A stretch of DNA of 64,000 nt from Heterodontus francisci (lineage: Eukaryota), in NCBI RefSeq assembly GCF_036365525.1, contig NC_090404.1, positions 6,696,001-6,760,000 on the forward strand, written 5' to 3'. Of this stretch, positions 22,882-38,000 are shown one piece after another. A program made the translations under genes and the position numbers. The notes under the pieces were generated by a model. It saw only the letters and a program-made list of their open reading frames with translations. It did no database searches and was not told the DNA's origin. Every line of letters begins with the position of its first letter. Within the stretch, counting starts at the first letter, position 1.

Positions 22882-25800
22882 ATTAATCTGATCTCATCCG
22901 TCTTTGCTCAAACGAGAACAATCCCAGTCTCCACCGTCTCTCAATATAACTAAAGTTCATTATCCCTAGTGCCAGTCCAATACATCTTCTCTGCACACAT
23001 TCGAATCCTTGGCATTCTGTCTAAATTGTGGTTTTCAGAATTGTATATAGTTCTCTGGCTGAGGTCTAAACAGTGAGTTATCGAGGTGCAGTAAAATTCC
23101 GTTGCCTTTGCACTCTATGCCTCTATGTATAAAATGTCACAATGCTATGTGTTTGTTTTCAACAGATCATTAACTTGTCCTGCCACCTTCAAATAGGATG
23201 AAGTAGCAAGTAGAGAACAGCGGATGATGGGCGAGGTGTTGAGGGAAAATTCCTCCATGGGGCAAGTCACGAAGTGGAGCTGGAGTTATCAGAGCAAATA
23301 AACAATACATGATCAGTGCTGAGGAAGGTGGCGCATTAGTACAACCGAAGAATGAGGGACTGGGTGTCCACTTCAATATACATATCGAGCTTCCTACTCC
23401 ACTTCCACAGAGGTCACAAGCTACCGAGTTAGCAGGGAGCTGCCTTCCGTCTTATTGATCTCAAGACAACCTAAACTTAAATGAACCTTCCATCAGATGT
23501 CACACGCACGTTACTCCCATCTCCTTGCCCCCACAAATATGCAGACGCAAAATTAAAAGCTGGTACTTTTTTCTTCCTACCAGTCTTGCTCAAGGTGCTA
23601 TTTTTAGCACAAAGGGGGAGGTAGCAATATGGAATTCTGTCCCCTAAAAGACTATGGATTCTTGGGGGGGGGGGGGTGGGGGTGGAGGGGTTGGAGTTGG
23701 ACCTTTCAATATTAAGATTGATACATTTTTGTTTGGTATCAAAAGATGTGGCGCAAAGGTGGATAAATGGAGTGAGGTAAACATCAGACATGATGCAATG
23801 AAATGACAGAGCAAGCGGGAGGGATGAATGGCTCCGTCCTGTTCTTATTTAACAGGCCCAAAAAGCTGAAAGACCTCCTCCTGTTCTCATGTTGCTGTGC
23901 GAGGTTGTGAAGAGATTTGGAGCAGAGACGTGTGACCAGCCCGAGATCAGCCGGGATCTAATTCTATGGCAGAATATTTTCAAGAGTCCCAATGTCCTCC
24001 TTATTATCCTATGTTGCCTCTGTAAGTGTGTCAATGCGTATGGAGCTAAGGCAGGTAAAAAGGTTAAGATGCAAATCAGCCCTGGTCTGATTTTATTTTT
24101 ATTCGTTTGTGGGATGTGGGCGTCGCTGGCTGGGCCAGCATTTATTGCCCACCCCTGATTGCACTTGAACTGAGTGGCTTGCTAGGCTATTTCAGAGGGC
24201 ATTTTCAAGCACATTGCTGTGGGTCTGGAATCACATGTCGGTCAGACTAGGTAAAGATGGCTGATTTCCCTCCCTAAAGGAAATTAGTGAACCAGAAGGG
24301 TTTTTACAACAACGGTTTCATAGTCGTCGTAATCCTAGTTTTCTTTTAAATTCCAGATATACCAATTGATTTGAATATTTCACTCTCTGCCATAGTGGGA
24401 TGCGAACTAATGTCCCCAGAACATTAGCCTGGGCTTTGGATTACTCGTCCCGTGACATTGCCACTACGCCACTGTCTCTCCCACTGAACGGAGGAGCAGG
24501 CTGAAGTGGCCAAATAGCGTAATCATGTGACTATCTGACAGCAATGCCAGGCAGAGAGAACAGAGCAGTCCTCCAATGTGGGGTGACAGCGATGTGCGCT
24601 TGTCCAGAGAGAACCGGCTGTCCTTCAGCTTGGTTATTTTTCCCTCCTAAGAAAAAGAATCCTCATGTGTATCAGGGAATCTCAGAATTATTACAGCACA
24701 GAAGGAGCCCATTCGGTCCGTCGTGTCTGCGTTGGCTTTCCGAAGGAGCAAGGTACCTGGTGCCAGTGTCCCACCTTCTCCCCAAAACCCTGCACATTCT
24801 TCCCTTTCAGATAACAGTCCAATCACCTTTTGAATGCCACGATTGAACCTGCCTCCGCCACAGTCTCAAGCCGTGCATTCCAGATCCCAACCACTCGCTG
24901 TGTGAAAAATCTTTTCCTTATGTCTCCATTGCTTCTTTTGCCAACCTTAAATCTCTTCCCTCTTGTTCTCGATCCTTCCACCAATGTGAACCGGTTTCCC
25001 TTACCTACTCTGTCTGCACTCCTTGTGATTTTTAGGGCGGCACAGTGGCGCAGTGGTTAGCACCGCAGCCTCACAGCTCCAGGGACCCGGGTTCAATTCT
25101 GGATACCGCCTGTGTGGAGTTTGCAAGTTCTCCCTGTGTCTGCGTGGGTTTCCTCCGGGTACTCCTGTTTCCTCCCACATTCCAAAGACTTGCACGTTGT
25201 TAGGTAAATTGGCCATTATAAATTGCCCCAAGTATAGGTAGGTGGTAGGGAAATATAGGGACAGATGGGGATGTGGTAGGAATATGGAATTAGTGTAGGA
25301 TTAGTATAAATGGGTGGTTGATGGTCGGCACAGACTCGGTGGGCCGAAGGGCCTGTTTCAGTGCTGTATCTCTAAATAAAAATAAATTAACAACTCTATC
25401 AAAGCTCCTCTCAACCTTCTCTTCTCCAAGGAAAGCAGTCTCAAACTCCCTAATATAGCTACGTAACTGAAGTTCCCCATCTCTGGAACAATTGTTGTCA
25501 ATCTTTTCTGCACCCTCCATAACGCCTTCACATCTTTCCGAACGTGTGCGATCCAGAACTTGCTACAGTACTCCAGTTGAGGCCGAACCAGTGCTTAATA
25601 CAAGTTTAACATGAGTTCCTACTCGATGCTCCTATTGATGAAGCCTAGGATACTGTATGCTTTATTAACTGCTCTCTCAACCTGTCCTGACAGCTTTAAT
25701 GATTTATGCACATAGACACCAAGGTCTCTCTGCTCCTGCACTCCATTTAGAATTGTATCTTTTATATTATATTGTCTCTCTACCTACCTATTGTCTTCCT

Positions 25801-28800
25801 ACCAAGATGAATTATTTCACTGCATTAAATTACAGCAGCCACTTGTCCGCCTATTCCACCAACCTGTCTATGTCCTTTTGAGGTTCGACTATTCTCCTAA
25901 AATTTCAAAATGCCTGCACATTTCGGATCATCCAAAAGTTTCGAAATTATGCCCTGTATGCAAAGGTCTAAGACATTAATATATATTAGGAAGGGCAAAG
26001 GTCTTAACACCGACCACTGGGGAATTCCACTGCAAATCTTCCTCCAGCCCGAACACATCCATTAATTACGATTGCCCATGTTGGAGCTAAATGAGCAAAG
26101 GATATAGTCAGAAGAAACATTTAGTTGGCAGTTGAATTTTTTGACTCTAGGTAAGTAGTAAAAAGAGGAAGCAAGTTGAAAGCAAGTTTCATGATTCGTT
26201 GCTCCAAGCGGCCGATTTAACCATTATCACCGCCAGATGGGAGAGAGAGGAATCTCCTGCTCCCAGGACTCTATCACTCCAGATTATAACTGGGCAGCCT
26301 CTGAGGAAATTCGTTTATATGAAAATATGAGTTTAAATTAACAAGCAGAAAAGATAACAATCACAGGCAGAATACAAAAAATGGATCCTGGCATATTCAT
26401 GGAGTGAATTTCCCGGCGGAGCAGCGGACCTTTGCCCTTCCTAATATATATTAATGTCTTAGACCTTTGCATACAGGGCATAATTTCGAAACTTTTGGAT
26501 GATCCGAAATGTGCAGGCATTTTGAAATTTTAGGAGAATAGTCGAACCTCAAAAGGACATAGACAGGTTGGTGGAATAGGCGGACAAGTGGCTGCTGTAA
26601 TTTAATGCAGTGAAATAATTCATCTTGGTAGGAAGACAATAGGTAGGTAGAGAGACAATATAATATAAAAGATACAATTCTAAATGGAGTGCAGGAGCAG
26701 AGAGACCTTGGTGTCTATGTGCATAAATCATTAAAGCTGTCAGGACAGGTTGAGAGAGCAGTTAATAAAGCATACAGTATCCTAGGCTTCATCAATAGGA
26801 GCATCGAGTAGGAACTCATGTTAAACTTGTATTAAGCACTGGTTCGGCCTCAACTGGAGTACTGTAGCAAGTTCTGGATCGCACACGTTCGGAAAGATGT
26901 GAAGGCGTTATGGAGGGTGCAGAAAAGATTGACAACAATTGTTCCAGAGATGGGGAACTTCAGTTACGTAGCTATATTAGGGAGTTTGAGACTGCTTTCC
27001 TTGGAGAAGAGAAGGTTGAGAGGAGCTTTGATAGAGTTGTTAATTTATTTTTATTTAGAGATACAGCACTGAAACAGGCCCTTCGGCCCACCGAGTCTGT
27101 GCCGACCATCAACCACCCATTTATACTAATCCTACACTAATTCCATATTCCTACCACATCCCCATCTGTCCCTATATTTCCCTACCACCTACCTATACTT
27201 GGGGCAATTTATAATGGCCAATTTACCTAACAACGTGCAAGTCTTTGGAATGTGGGAGGAAACAGGAGTACCCGGAGGAAACCCACGCAGACACAGGGAG
27301 AACTTGCAAACTCCACACAGGCGGTATCCAGAATTGAACCCGGGTCCCTGGAGCTGTGAGGCTGCGGTGCTAACCACTGCGCCACTGTGCCGCCCTAAAA
27401 ATCACAAGGAGTGCAGACAGAGTAGGTAAGGGAAACCGGTTCACATTGGTGGAAGGATCGAGAACAAGAGGGAAGAGATTTAAGGTTGGCAAAAGAAGCA
27501 ATGGAGACATAAGGAAAAGATTTTTCACACAGCGAGTGGTTGGGATCTGGAATGCACGGCTTGAGACTGTGGCGGAGGCAGGTTCAATCGTGGCATTCAA
27601 AAGGTGATTGGACTGTTATCTGAAAGGGAAGAATGTGCAGGGTTTTGGGGAGAAGGTGGGACACTGGCACCAGGTACCTTGCTCCTTCGGAAAGCCAACG
27701 CAGTCACGACGGACCGAATGGGCTCCTTCTGTGCTGTAATAATTCTGAGATTCCCTGATACACATGAGGATTCTTTTTCTTAGGAGGGAAAAATAACCAA
27801 GCTGAAGGACAGCCGGTTCTCTCTGGACAAGCGCACATCGCTGTCACCCCACATTGGAGGACTGCTCTGTTCTCTCTGCCTGGCATTGCTGTCAGATAGT
27901 CACATGATTACGCTATTTGGCCACTTCAGCCTGCTCCTCCGTTCAGTGGGAGAGACAGTGGCGTAGTGGCAATGTCACGGGACGAGTAATCCAAAGCCCA
28001 GGCTAATGTTCTGGGGACATTAGTTCGCATCCCACTATGGCAGAGAGTGAAATATTCAAATCAATTGGTATATCTGGAATTTAAAAGAAAACTAGGATTA
28101 CGACGACTATGAAACCGTTGTTGTAAAAACCCTTCTGGTTCACTAATTTCCTTTAGGGAGGGAAATCAGCCATCTTTACCTAGTCTGACCGACATGTGAT
28201 TCCAGACCCACAGACACTACACTGGCTGCCATTTCTTTTATTCAATTACCCCTTAGTTAAGTACAACTATAGATATTAACAAAAACAGTAAATAGCTTAC
28301 CTGTTCAGTCCTTTTTGGCTAGAGGAGGAGGGTAAAAAGGGTCTTATTATTAGGTTAGAGGAGGAGGATGGGCGGGAGACACTACATGTGTAGTGGCTCG
28401 GGTTTACTCAGCTCCGCACCTTTAAGGAAAATACCTACCCAGGAGACCTCGCTGCCGACCAGCTTCCGGTTCCTCCGGCGCCAAAAGAAACTCAAAGACA
28501 AGGAAAACAGTAAGTAAAACAGTAAGTACTTACTTTTAAAACACAGCTCCTGATGCCTTCACTCACCCACCGAAGAGTCGCTACCTTCTCCTGCTGCTCC
28601 GCCGGGAAATTCACTCCATGAATATGCCAGGATCCATTTTTTGTATTCTGCCTGTGATTGTTATCTTTTCTGCTTGTTAATTTAAACTCATATTTTCATA
28701 TAAACGAATTTCCTCAGAGGCTGCCCAGTTATAATCTGGAGTGATAGAGTCCTGGGAGCAGGAGATTCCTCTCTCTCCCATCTGGCGGTGATAATGGTTA

Positions 28801-31800
28801 AATCGGCCGCTTGGAGCAACGAATCATGAAACTTGCTTTCAACTTGCTTCCTCTTTTTACTACTTACCTAGAGTCAAAAAATTCAACTGCCAACTAAATG
28901 TTTCTTCTGACTATATCCTTTGCTCATTTAGCTCCAACATGGGCAATCGTAATTAATGGATGTGTTCGGGCTGGAGGAAGATTTGCAGTGGAATTCCCCA
29001 GTGGTCGGTGTTAAGACCTTTGCCCTTCCTAATATATATTAATGTCTTAGACCTTTGCATACAGGGCATAATTTCGAAACTTTTGGATGATCCGAAATGT
29101 GCAGGCATTTTGAAATTTTAGGAGAATAGTCGAACCTCAAAAGGACATAGACAGGTTGGTGGAATAGGCGGACAAGTGGCTGCTGTAATTTAATGCAGTG
29201 AAATAATTCATCTTGGTAGGAAGACAATAGGTAGGTAGAGAGACAATATAATATAAAAGATACAATTCTAAATGGAGTGCAGGAGCAGAGAGACCTTGGT
29301 GTCTATGTGCATAAATCATTAAAGCTGTCAGGACAGGTTGAGAGAGCAGTTAATAAAGCATACAGTATCCTAGGCTTCATCAATAGGAGCATCGAGTAGG
29401 AACTCATGTTAAACTTGTATTAAGCACTGGTTCGGCCTCAACTGGAGTACTGTAGCAAGTTCTGGATCGCACACGTTCGGAAAGATGTGAAGGCGTTATG
29501 GAGGGTGCAGAAAAGATTGACAACAATTGTTCCAGAGATGGGGAACTTCAGTTACGTAGCTATATTAGGGAGTTTGAGACTGCTTTCCTTGGAGAAGAGA
29601 AGGTTGAGAGGAGCTTTGATAGAGTTGTTAATTTATTTTTATTTAGAGATACAGCACTGAAACAGGCCCTTCGGCCCACCGAGTCTGTGCCGACCATCAA
29701 CCACCCATTTATACTAATCCTACACTAATTCCATATTCCTACCACATCCCCATCTGTCCCTATATTTCCCTACCACCTACCTATACTTGGGGCAATTTAT
29801 AATGGCCAATTTACCTAACAACGTGCAAGTCTTTGGAATGTGGGAGGAAACAGGAGTACCCGGAGGAAACCCACGCAGACACAGGGAGAACTTGCAAACT
29901 CCACACAGGCGGTATCCAGAATTGAACCCGGGTCCCTGGAGCTGTGAGGCTGCGGTGCTAACCACTGCGCCACTGTGCCGCCCTAAAAATCACAAGGAGT
30001 GCAGACAGAGTAGGTAAGGGAAACCGGTTCACATTGGTGGAAGGATCGAGAACAAGAGGGAACAGATTTAAGGTTGGCAAAAGAAGCAATGGAGACATAA
30101 GGAAAAGATTTTTCACACAGCGAGTGGTTGGGATCTGGAATGCACGGCTTGAGACTGTGGCGGAGGCAGGTTCAATCGTGGCATTCAAAAGGTGATTGGA
30201 CTGTTATCTGAAAGGGAAGAATGTGCAGGGTTTTGGGGAGAAGGTGGGACACTGGCACCAGGTACCTTGCTCCTTCGGAAAGCCAACGCAGACACGACGG
30301 ACCGAATGGGCTCCTTCTGCGCTGTAATAATTCTGAGATTCCCTGATACACATGAGGATTCTTTTTCTTAGGAGGGAAAAATAACCAAGCTGAAGGACAG
30401 CCGGTTCTCTCTGGACAAGCGCACATCGCTGTCACCCCACATTGGAGGACTGCTCTGTTCTCTCTGCCTGGCATTGCTGTCAGATAGTCACATGATTACG
30501 CTATTTGGCCACTTCAGCCTGCTCCTCCGTTCAGTGGGAGAGACAGTGGCGTAGTGGCAATGTCACGGGACGAGTAATCCAAAGCCCAGGCTAATGTTCT
30601 GGGGACATTAGTTCGCATCCCACTATGGCAGAGAGTGAAATATTCAAATCAATTGGTATATCTGGAATTTAAAAGAAAACTAGGATTACGACGACTATGA
30701 AACCGTTGTTGTAAAAACCCTTCTGGTTCACTAATTTCCTTTAGGGAGGGAAATCAGCCATCTTTACCTAGTCTGACCGACATGTGATTCCAGACCCACA
30801 GCAATGTGCTTGAAAATGCCCTCTGAAATAGCCTAGCAAGCCACTCAGTTCAAGTGCAATCAGGGGTGGGCAATAAATGCTGGCCCAGCCAGCGACGCCC
30901 ACATCCCACAAACGAATAAAAATAAAATCAGACCAGGGCTGATTTGCATCTTAACCTTTTTACCTGCCTTAGCTCCATACGCATTGACACACTTACAGAG
31001 GCAACATAGGATAATAAGGAGGACATTGGGACTCTTGAAAATATTCTGCCATAGAATTAGATCCCGGCTGATCTCGGGCTGGTCACACGTCTCTGCTCCA
31101 AATCTCTTCACAACCTCGCACAGCAACATGAGAACAGGAGGAGGTCTTTCAGCTTTTTGGGCCTGTTAAATAAGAACAGGACGGAGCCATTCATCCCTCC
31201 CGCTTGCTCTGTCATTTCATTGCATCATGTCTGATGTTTACCTCACTCCATTTATCCACCTTTGCGCCACATCTTTTGATACCAAACAAAAATGTATCAA
31301 TCTTAATATTGAAAGGTCCAACTCCAACCCCTCCACCCCCACCCCCCCCCCCCAAGAATCCATAGTCTTTTAGGGGACAGAATTCCATATTGCTACCTCC
31401 CCCTTTGTGCTAAAAATAGCACCTTGAGCAAGACTGGTAGGAAGAAAAAAGTACCAGCTTTTAATTTTGCGTCTGCATATTTGTGGGGGCAAGGAGATGG
31501 GAGTAACGTGCGTGTGACATCTGATGGAAGGTTCATTTAAGTTTAGGTTGTCTTGAGATCAATAAGACGGAAGGCAGCTCCCTGCTAACTCGGTAGCTTG
31601 TGACCTCTGTGGAAGTGGAGTAGGAAGCTCGATATGTATATTGAAGTGGACACCCAGTCCCTCATTCTTCGGTTGTACTAATGCGCCACCTTCCTCAGCA
31701 CTGATCATGTATTGTTTATTTGCTCTGATAACTCCAGCTCCACTTCGTGACTTGCCCCATGGAGGAATTTTCCCTCAACACCTCGCCCATCATCCGCTGT

Positions 31801-32135
31801 TCTCTACTTGCTACTTCATCCTATTTGAAGGTGGCAGGACAAGTTAATGATCTGTTGAAAACAAACACATAGCATTGTGACATTTTATACATAGAGGCAT
31901 AGAGTGCAAAGGCAACGGAATTTTACTGCACCTCGATAACTCACTGTTTAGACCTCAGCCAGAGAACTATATACAATTCTGAAAACCACAATTTAGACAG
32001 AATGCCAAGGATTCGAATGTGTGCAGAGAAGATGTATTGGACTGGCACTAGGGATAATGAACTTTAGTTATATTGAGAGACGGTGGAGACTGGGATTGTT
32101 CTCGTTTGAGCAAAGACGGATGAGATCAGATTAAT

Positions 32136-33671
32136 CAGGTTATGGGAAGCAAGGGATGAAATTGCAGAGCCGCTGGCAATGATCTTTTCATCTTCTCTGC
32201 TGACGGGGGTGGTACCAGGTGATTGGAGGGTGGCAAATGTTGTGCCCCTGTTCAAGAAAGGGAATAGGAACAACCCTGGGAATTACAGGCCAGTTAGTCT
32301 TACTTCGGTGGTAGGCAAGTTGATGGAAAAGGTGCTGAGGGATAGGATTTCTGAGCATCTGGAAAGACACTGCTTGATTCGGGACAGTCAGCACGGTTTT
32401 GTGAGGGGTAGGTCTTGCCTCACAAGCCTGATTGAATTCTTTGAGCAGGTGACCAAGCAAGTGGATGAGGGTAAACCAGTGGATGTGGTGTACATGGATT
32501 TTAGTAAGGCATTTGATAAGGTCCCCCATGGTAGACTTATGGAGAAAGTCAGGAGGCATGGGATAGTGGGGAATGTGGCCAGTTGGATTAAGAATTGGCT
32601 AACTGATAGAAGGCAGAGAGTGGTCTTAGATGGTAAATACTCAGCCTGGAGCCCAGTTACCAGTGGCGTGCCGCAGGGATCAGTTCTGGGTCCTCTCCTG
32701 TTTGTGATTTTTATTAACGACTTGGATGAGGAAGTCGAAGGGTGGGTCAGTAAATTTGCAGATGATACAAAGGTTGGTGGAGTTGTGGATACCGAGGAGG
32801 GCTATTGTCGTCTGCAAAGGGACTTGGATAGGTTGCAGTGCTGGGCTGAAAAGTGGCAGATGGAGTTTAACCCTGAAAAGTGTGAGGTCGTCCATTTTGG
32901 AAGGACAAACATGAATGCAAAATACTGGGTTAACGGTAGGGTTCTTGGGCATGTGGAGGAGCAGAGAGACCTTGGGGTCTATGTGCATAGATCATTGAAA
33001 GTTGCAACTCAAGTGGATAGGGCTGTGAAGAAGGCATATGGGGTGTTAGCGTTCATTAGCAGAGGGATTGAATTTAAGAGCCGTGAGGTGATGATGCAGC
33101 TGTACAGGACCTTGGTAAGGCCTCATTTGGAGTACTGTGTGCAGTTCTGGTCGCCTCATTTTAGGAAGGATGTGGAAGCCTTGGAGAGGGTGCAGAGGAG
33201 ATTTACCAGGATGTTGCCTGGAATGGAGAATAAGTCTTACGAGGAAAGGCTGAACATTCTAGGCCTCTTCTCATTAGAAAGGAGAAGGATGAGGGGTGAC
33301 ATGATAGAGGTTTATAAGATGATCAGGGGAATAGATAGGGTAGACAGTCAGAAACTTTTTCCCCGGGTGGAGCAAAGCGTTACAAGGGGTCATAAATTTA
33401 AGGTGAAGGGTGGGAGATATAAGGGGGATGTCAGGGGAAGGTTCTTTACCCAGAGAGTGGTCGAGGCATGGAATGCCTTGCCCGGGGAAGTTGTTGAGTC
33501 AGAAACTTTAGGGACTTTCAAAAGGCTTTTGGATAGGTATATGGATAAAGGAGAATGATGGGGTATAGATTAAATTGTCCTTGACAGAGGACAAAGGATC
33601 GGCACAACATTGTGGGCCGAAGGGCCTGTTCTGTGCTGTATGTTCTATGTTCTATGTTCTATGTTCTATGT
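32136..33671 (+). mobile_element. Young CR1 LINE, right-arm copy (RT ORF 32179-33558)
   Basis: Identical 459-aa RT ORF. Confidence 0.95.
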
Positions 33672-34107
33672 AAATAGAAATGTTCAAAATTAGGATGGGT
33701 TTGATGGAGCAGATAGAGAGAAACTGCTTCCAATGGCAGAAAGGTGCTCAACAGGAGGACACTGCTGCAACGTGACTGGGAAAATAATTAAAGGGATGAT
33801 GAGGACTTTGTTTTGCACTTCGACCTCTTGTGATCTGGACTGCGCAGCTTGAAAGGGTTGTCGAAGCACATTCAATGAAGCATTTAATAAATAATTGAAG
33901 GGGAAATAAATTGCAATTCTGTGGGGAAAGACCAGGGCAGTGGAACTAATTGGATAGCTCTTTCAAAAAGCTGGTATAGGTATCATGGCCGAATGGCCGC
34001 CTTCCGCGCTGTATGATGGCATGATTCAGTTGTCAGGAATTGCACTCGGTGCTGCAGCTCTATCTGACCGCACTGGAACACATCCTCTGCCAAAACAGAC
34101 CGCAGTC

Positions 34108-34174
34108 AGTTTTTGTACGAGTGGACCATTAGGTTGTATCACTGTGCACAGTGGCACAAACCCGCACAAATACT
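34108..34174 (-). other. 12/23 signal joint, right-arm copy
   Basis: CACTGTG (34140-34146) abutting CACAGTG (34147-34153), with both nonamers at the correct spacing. Confidence 0.93.
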
Positions 34175-34602
34175 TCACTCACTCTCTGTTCGGTACTGCC
34201 TCTCAATATTCACTTCAAATAGAAGTTCACTTCTGATCTAGTTTAGAAAGATCCAAAAGTTTACAACATGCAGTAGGAAGTTAACACAGCTCCATGTAAC
34301 TCCGTACAGGTAACAATCACCTTGAAACTAGCATCTTATCCAGGTCTGCAATTGCTGACACTCTTAAGGTTAAAATTCAGCATAAGCAAAATTACTCATC
34401 AGAACGGCAGTCCGTTCTTAGATTTGTTCCATTGAATCTCAGCTGGGTTAGTTTTGTAAGAGACCCGTATATGGTCTGGTTCTGAACACTGCCGTTAACA
34501 TTATATTTAATACAATTACTGACCGTCAGGTTATGATGGAATGTGTCGAACTCCCTCACGATCTGTTTTTGTCCGGTTCCAGCCCTGGTTCCCCTCACTG
34601 TG

Positions 34603-35077
34603 ATTCTCTTGCACAGTAATAGATGGCGCTGTCTTTGGTCTTCAGGTTCTTCATGTCCAAAGTGAAGATATTATTTGAAGTTTCTTTGGACGCAGTAAAT
34701 CGATCCTTAATCTCTGGGGCATAACCATTGCTGGATGAAGTATTGTAGTGAACCAACCACTGCAGCCCCTTCCCGGGAACCTGTCGGATCCAGTGCATCC
34801 TATAGCTGCCAAGATTGAATCCAGTGGTTTTGCAGGTCAGTCTCAGGGAGCCTCCGGGTTTCCCGGTCTCTGCCTCTGGCTGAGTCAACACGACATCCAA
34901 ATGGACACCTGTCAAAATATCAAAACCCTGAGGATTAATCCTGGTGAATTGATTCCTGACTCTGTAACATTCCAGAGAGACTAATACTGAGACAGTAACA
35001 GTGAGAGAAACGGACAATCAAAACTACGCACGGGATAAGAAAACCAGTAACAGACTGAGAGAAATCGCCGACCTCAT
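34603..35077 (-). CDS. IGHV: IgH VH segment, right arm; 23-RSS at 34564-34602
   Basis: Reverse complement of 3621-4095; ATG at 35077. Confidence 0.96.
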
Positions 35078-38000
35078 ACTTCTGGCAATTCGGGAGAAAT
35101 GGTTCTGATAAGAACTCACTGAGCAAACTGACTCCCGGAATGTTGTATTGCGGTCCCAGTGACCGGCATTTAAAAACCTGGCAGAAGGGGGCGAGGTTAC
35201 AGGCCCCGCCTATTGATTCCCTGATAGAGGCGGTTACTGGATCCACGTCCCACCTTCCACATCACCAAAAGAATGGACTCATATCATTACACTGGGATAT
35301 TATTAAATGTGAACTTTTTACCTCTATCTCGGGATTGATATTTGGCTATATGGTTTGAATGCAAACTGTTACTTGGTACTGAATGGAAATATTGCAGTTG
35401 AGAATGCGTTCAGTAATAAATAATTGCATTGTGGATTGTGAATTAAACCCCTTTATTAAGTCAAAACTACACTAAGGATGTCAAAGTCTAAGATTAAATT
35501 ATATTAAGGGCGTCTAAAGTGACTGCTCATTGCTCTGTCTCTTGCTATCCAACCCTTCAATCTATAGCAATAAAGTATCCCCGATAATGTTTTTTTAAAA
35601 TCATTTTATGCAACAATGTGTGGGATAATCGAGAAGTGATTCTATTTGCAGCGTGAATGACTGTAGTTACACTACTAAGGACCAGAGTGAATAGAAACAC
35701 TTCACATCACACAAGTCTCTCTCTCTCTATTTCTCGAATGGCTGTTGATTCTGTTACCCTAAGACAGCCATTTGAAAATTAGTTGTAAAATAAGTTGACT
35801 TGCTTGATAATGAAGGAGTGACATGCAAAATTCAGATCAGCTTTTGAAAAACAGGAGCTAGTGAATCAGAACCGATAGGGCGATCAGCAAATCTATCCCC
35901 CTGCACCCAAATCATTGCAGGTAACTGTAATAGCGACAGACTGTGCAACATACTATGGTATCAGAAATGCAGCTATCAAGACTTAACGCTATGCTACATG
36001 GAAACGGATCACAAACTGGGGATTTCTCGATCCATCGGTAGCCTGGCTATGAGAAGGCAAGTTTGACAATGGAAATCATCAAAAATTAAACTGTACGGTA
36101 CGCAGCTGTTATCAGTAATAAAGGAGTCTTCAATTTGAATGTAATTCACACCTCTGTGAGAAAGGTCAAGGAAATACAACGGGTTCAAGGCAATTCCACC
36201 TATTTATTTATTATGCGATTCCCACTTATAGCAATATGATGTGGGTATGGGGTTATTAAAATCTCTCTCTAGGACTTCATGAAGTACGAAATAAATGGTC
36301 TTAATTATCTAGAATCATATTTAATTGACATTTGGGTCAATTTATTATTTTGAGCTCCCATTATATCATGAAGTGAGCACTGAATTTACCTAAGATCATT
36401 CTTTCGATGTGATATCACGTAAAATGCATTCTTTTTTTTTTGTAAGAGCGCTGCTGATTAAGTTAATGTTTAAATGTTTAAATCCCATTTTTGTCCATAC
36501 CTATTCACGCTAATCTGCCCCGCAGAATATTTGGCAGCAACCCAGCTAACTGCTGTCAGGGAGCCTCGAAAACCCAATGTTATTTACAGGAAGCATCTGA
36601 GGGCTCTGTGCAGTAAATCAAAGATCTGTTTCATCATTACTGACTGCTTGGCTGCAAGCCAACTTCAAACTCTTCACATTGTGAATGAAGCCCATTCATA
36701 AACAAATCTACCCAGCAACAATACTGGAGTCAATTTTATTTTTTTTCAGTTGTGGAACTATGCGAACTGTTCCCATCTCTCAGAAAAGGAAGTACTTCCA
36801 ACGTCTAGACACGCTGTTAGTAGCAACAGTCCACTGGAGGATCTGTCAGCACATCATAACATTGCTATAGATATGCAGATAGATAGGTAGACAGACAGAC
36901 AAACATATATACAGACCGACAGACAGAGAGGGCATCAGAGAGAGGACACATTCTGAAATAGATAAATATGCTGATTTGTATGGATGGAGGGACAGATGCA
37001 GCGATGTTGGAATAAATGGATCGTTGGATGTCTGAATGTTTTGTTTAAAGGGCCGATGAACGGATTGATTGATGGATGTATGGATTGATAGATGGGAGAA
37101 TGAATGACGGATGGAGAGATGGAAAGATGGGCCTGAAAGGTGCTGTTTTACATTCTCATCTTTCTGATTGACTACTCCTAAGACGAACCCGCCCCTTTAT
37201 TCCATTTGTATCAATCTGAAGACTTCAATCCTTCCTGATTTTCTGGATCACTTTAATCCACAGGTTATCCGAAGCTAACGAGCTGAATTCACAAAGAGAA
37301 ACCTGAGGTATCCCTGTGGTACTGATATTCCATCTCTGCTGATGGCGAATTTTCGTCTCAAAGGGAGAATATGACTGGGTTGAGAAAGGACGATTGTAAT
37401 ATTTCTGAACATGTGGTCCTTTCACGCACAACAAATCACTCACCCGAATTACTTCAATCACAGCAGAAATATAGCAAACCATTAGATACATTTTTCCACT
37501 TCCCTATATAAATACTTGTTCCTCTGTGAGACTGGTACAATCCCACATAGAAGGAGCATAAACTGTAACTTTATTTACCGCCTTATATTCATTGTAAGTC
37601 ATTGCCACAGTGAAATATATTCTGTGGTTTTTGCACACTGTGGTCACAAATTCAAATGTCCTGAACTCCCTGAAACACACTCCCCAGAGGCTCTCCATTC
37701 AGTCCATTCATGTACTGAATGAATTATTCCCGAATTGCACGTGTGAGTTCAGTACTTCAGTGAGATGTTCTGAGGTTAATGGTAAAGGGTCACTGTGATA
37801 AGAACATAAGAAATAAGGGCAGGATTAGGCCATTCGGCCCCTCCAGCCTCTCAACCATTCAATAAGTTCATGGCTGATCTGATTGTGACCTCAACTTCAC
37901 TTTCCTGTCTGCCTCCCATATCACTTGACTCCCTTGTCAATCACAAATATGAGAACATAAGAAACATGAGCAGATGGATACATATGGTTAGAGCAGACAT

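Larger units (their letters stand above)
19986..36249 (+). repeat. Direct repeat of 3664-19931 (period about 16.32 kb); probable unmerged contig overlap
   Basis: All ORFs recur at offsets of 16318-16322. The differences I found are single-base homopolymer indels. Confidence 0.9.
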
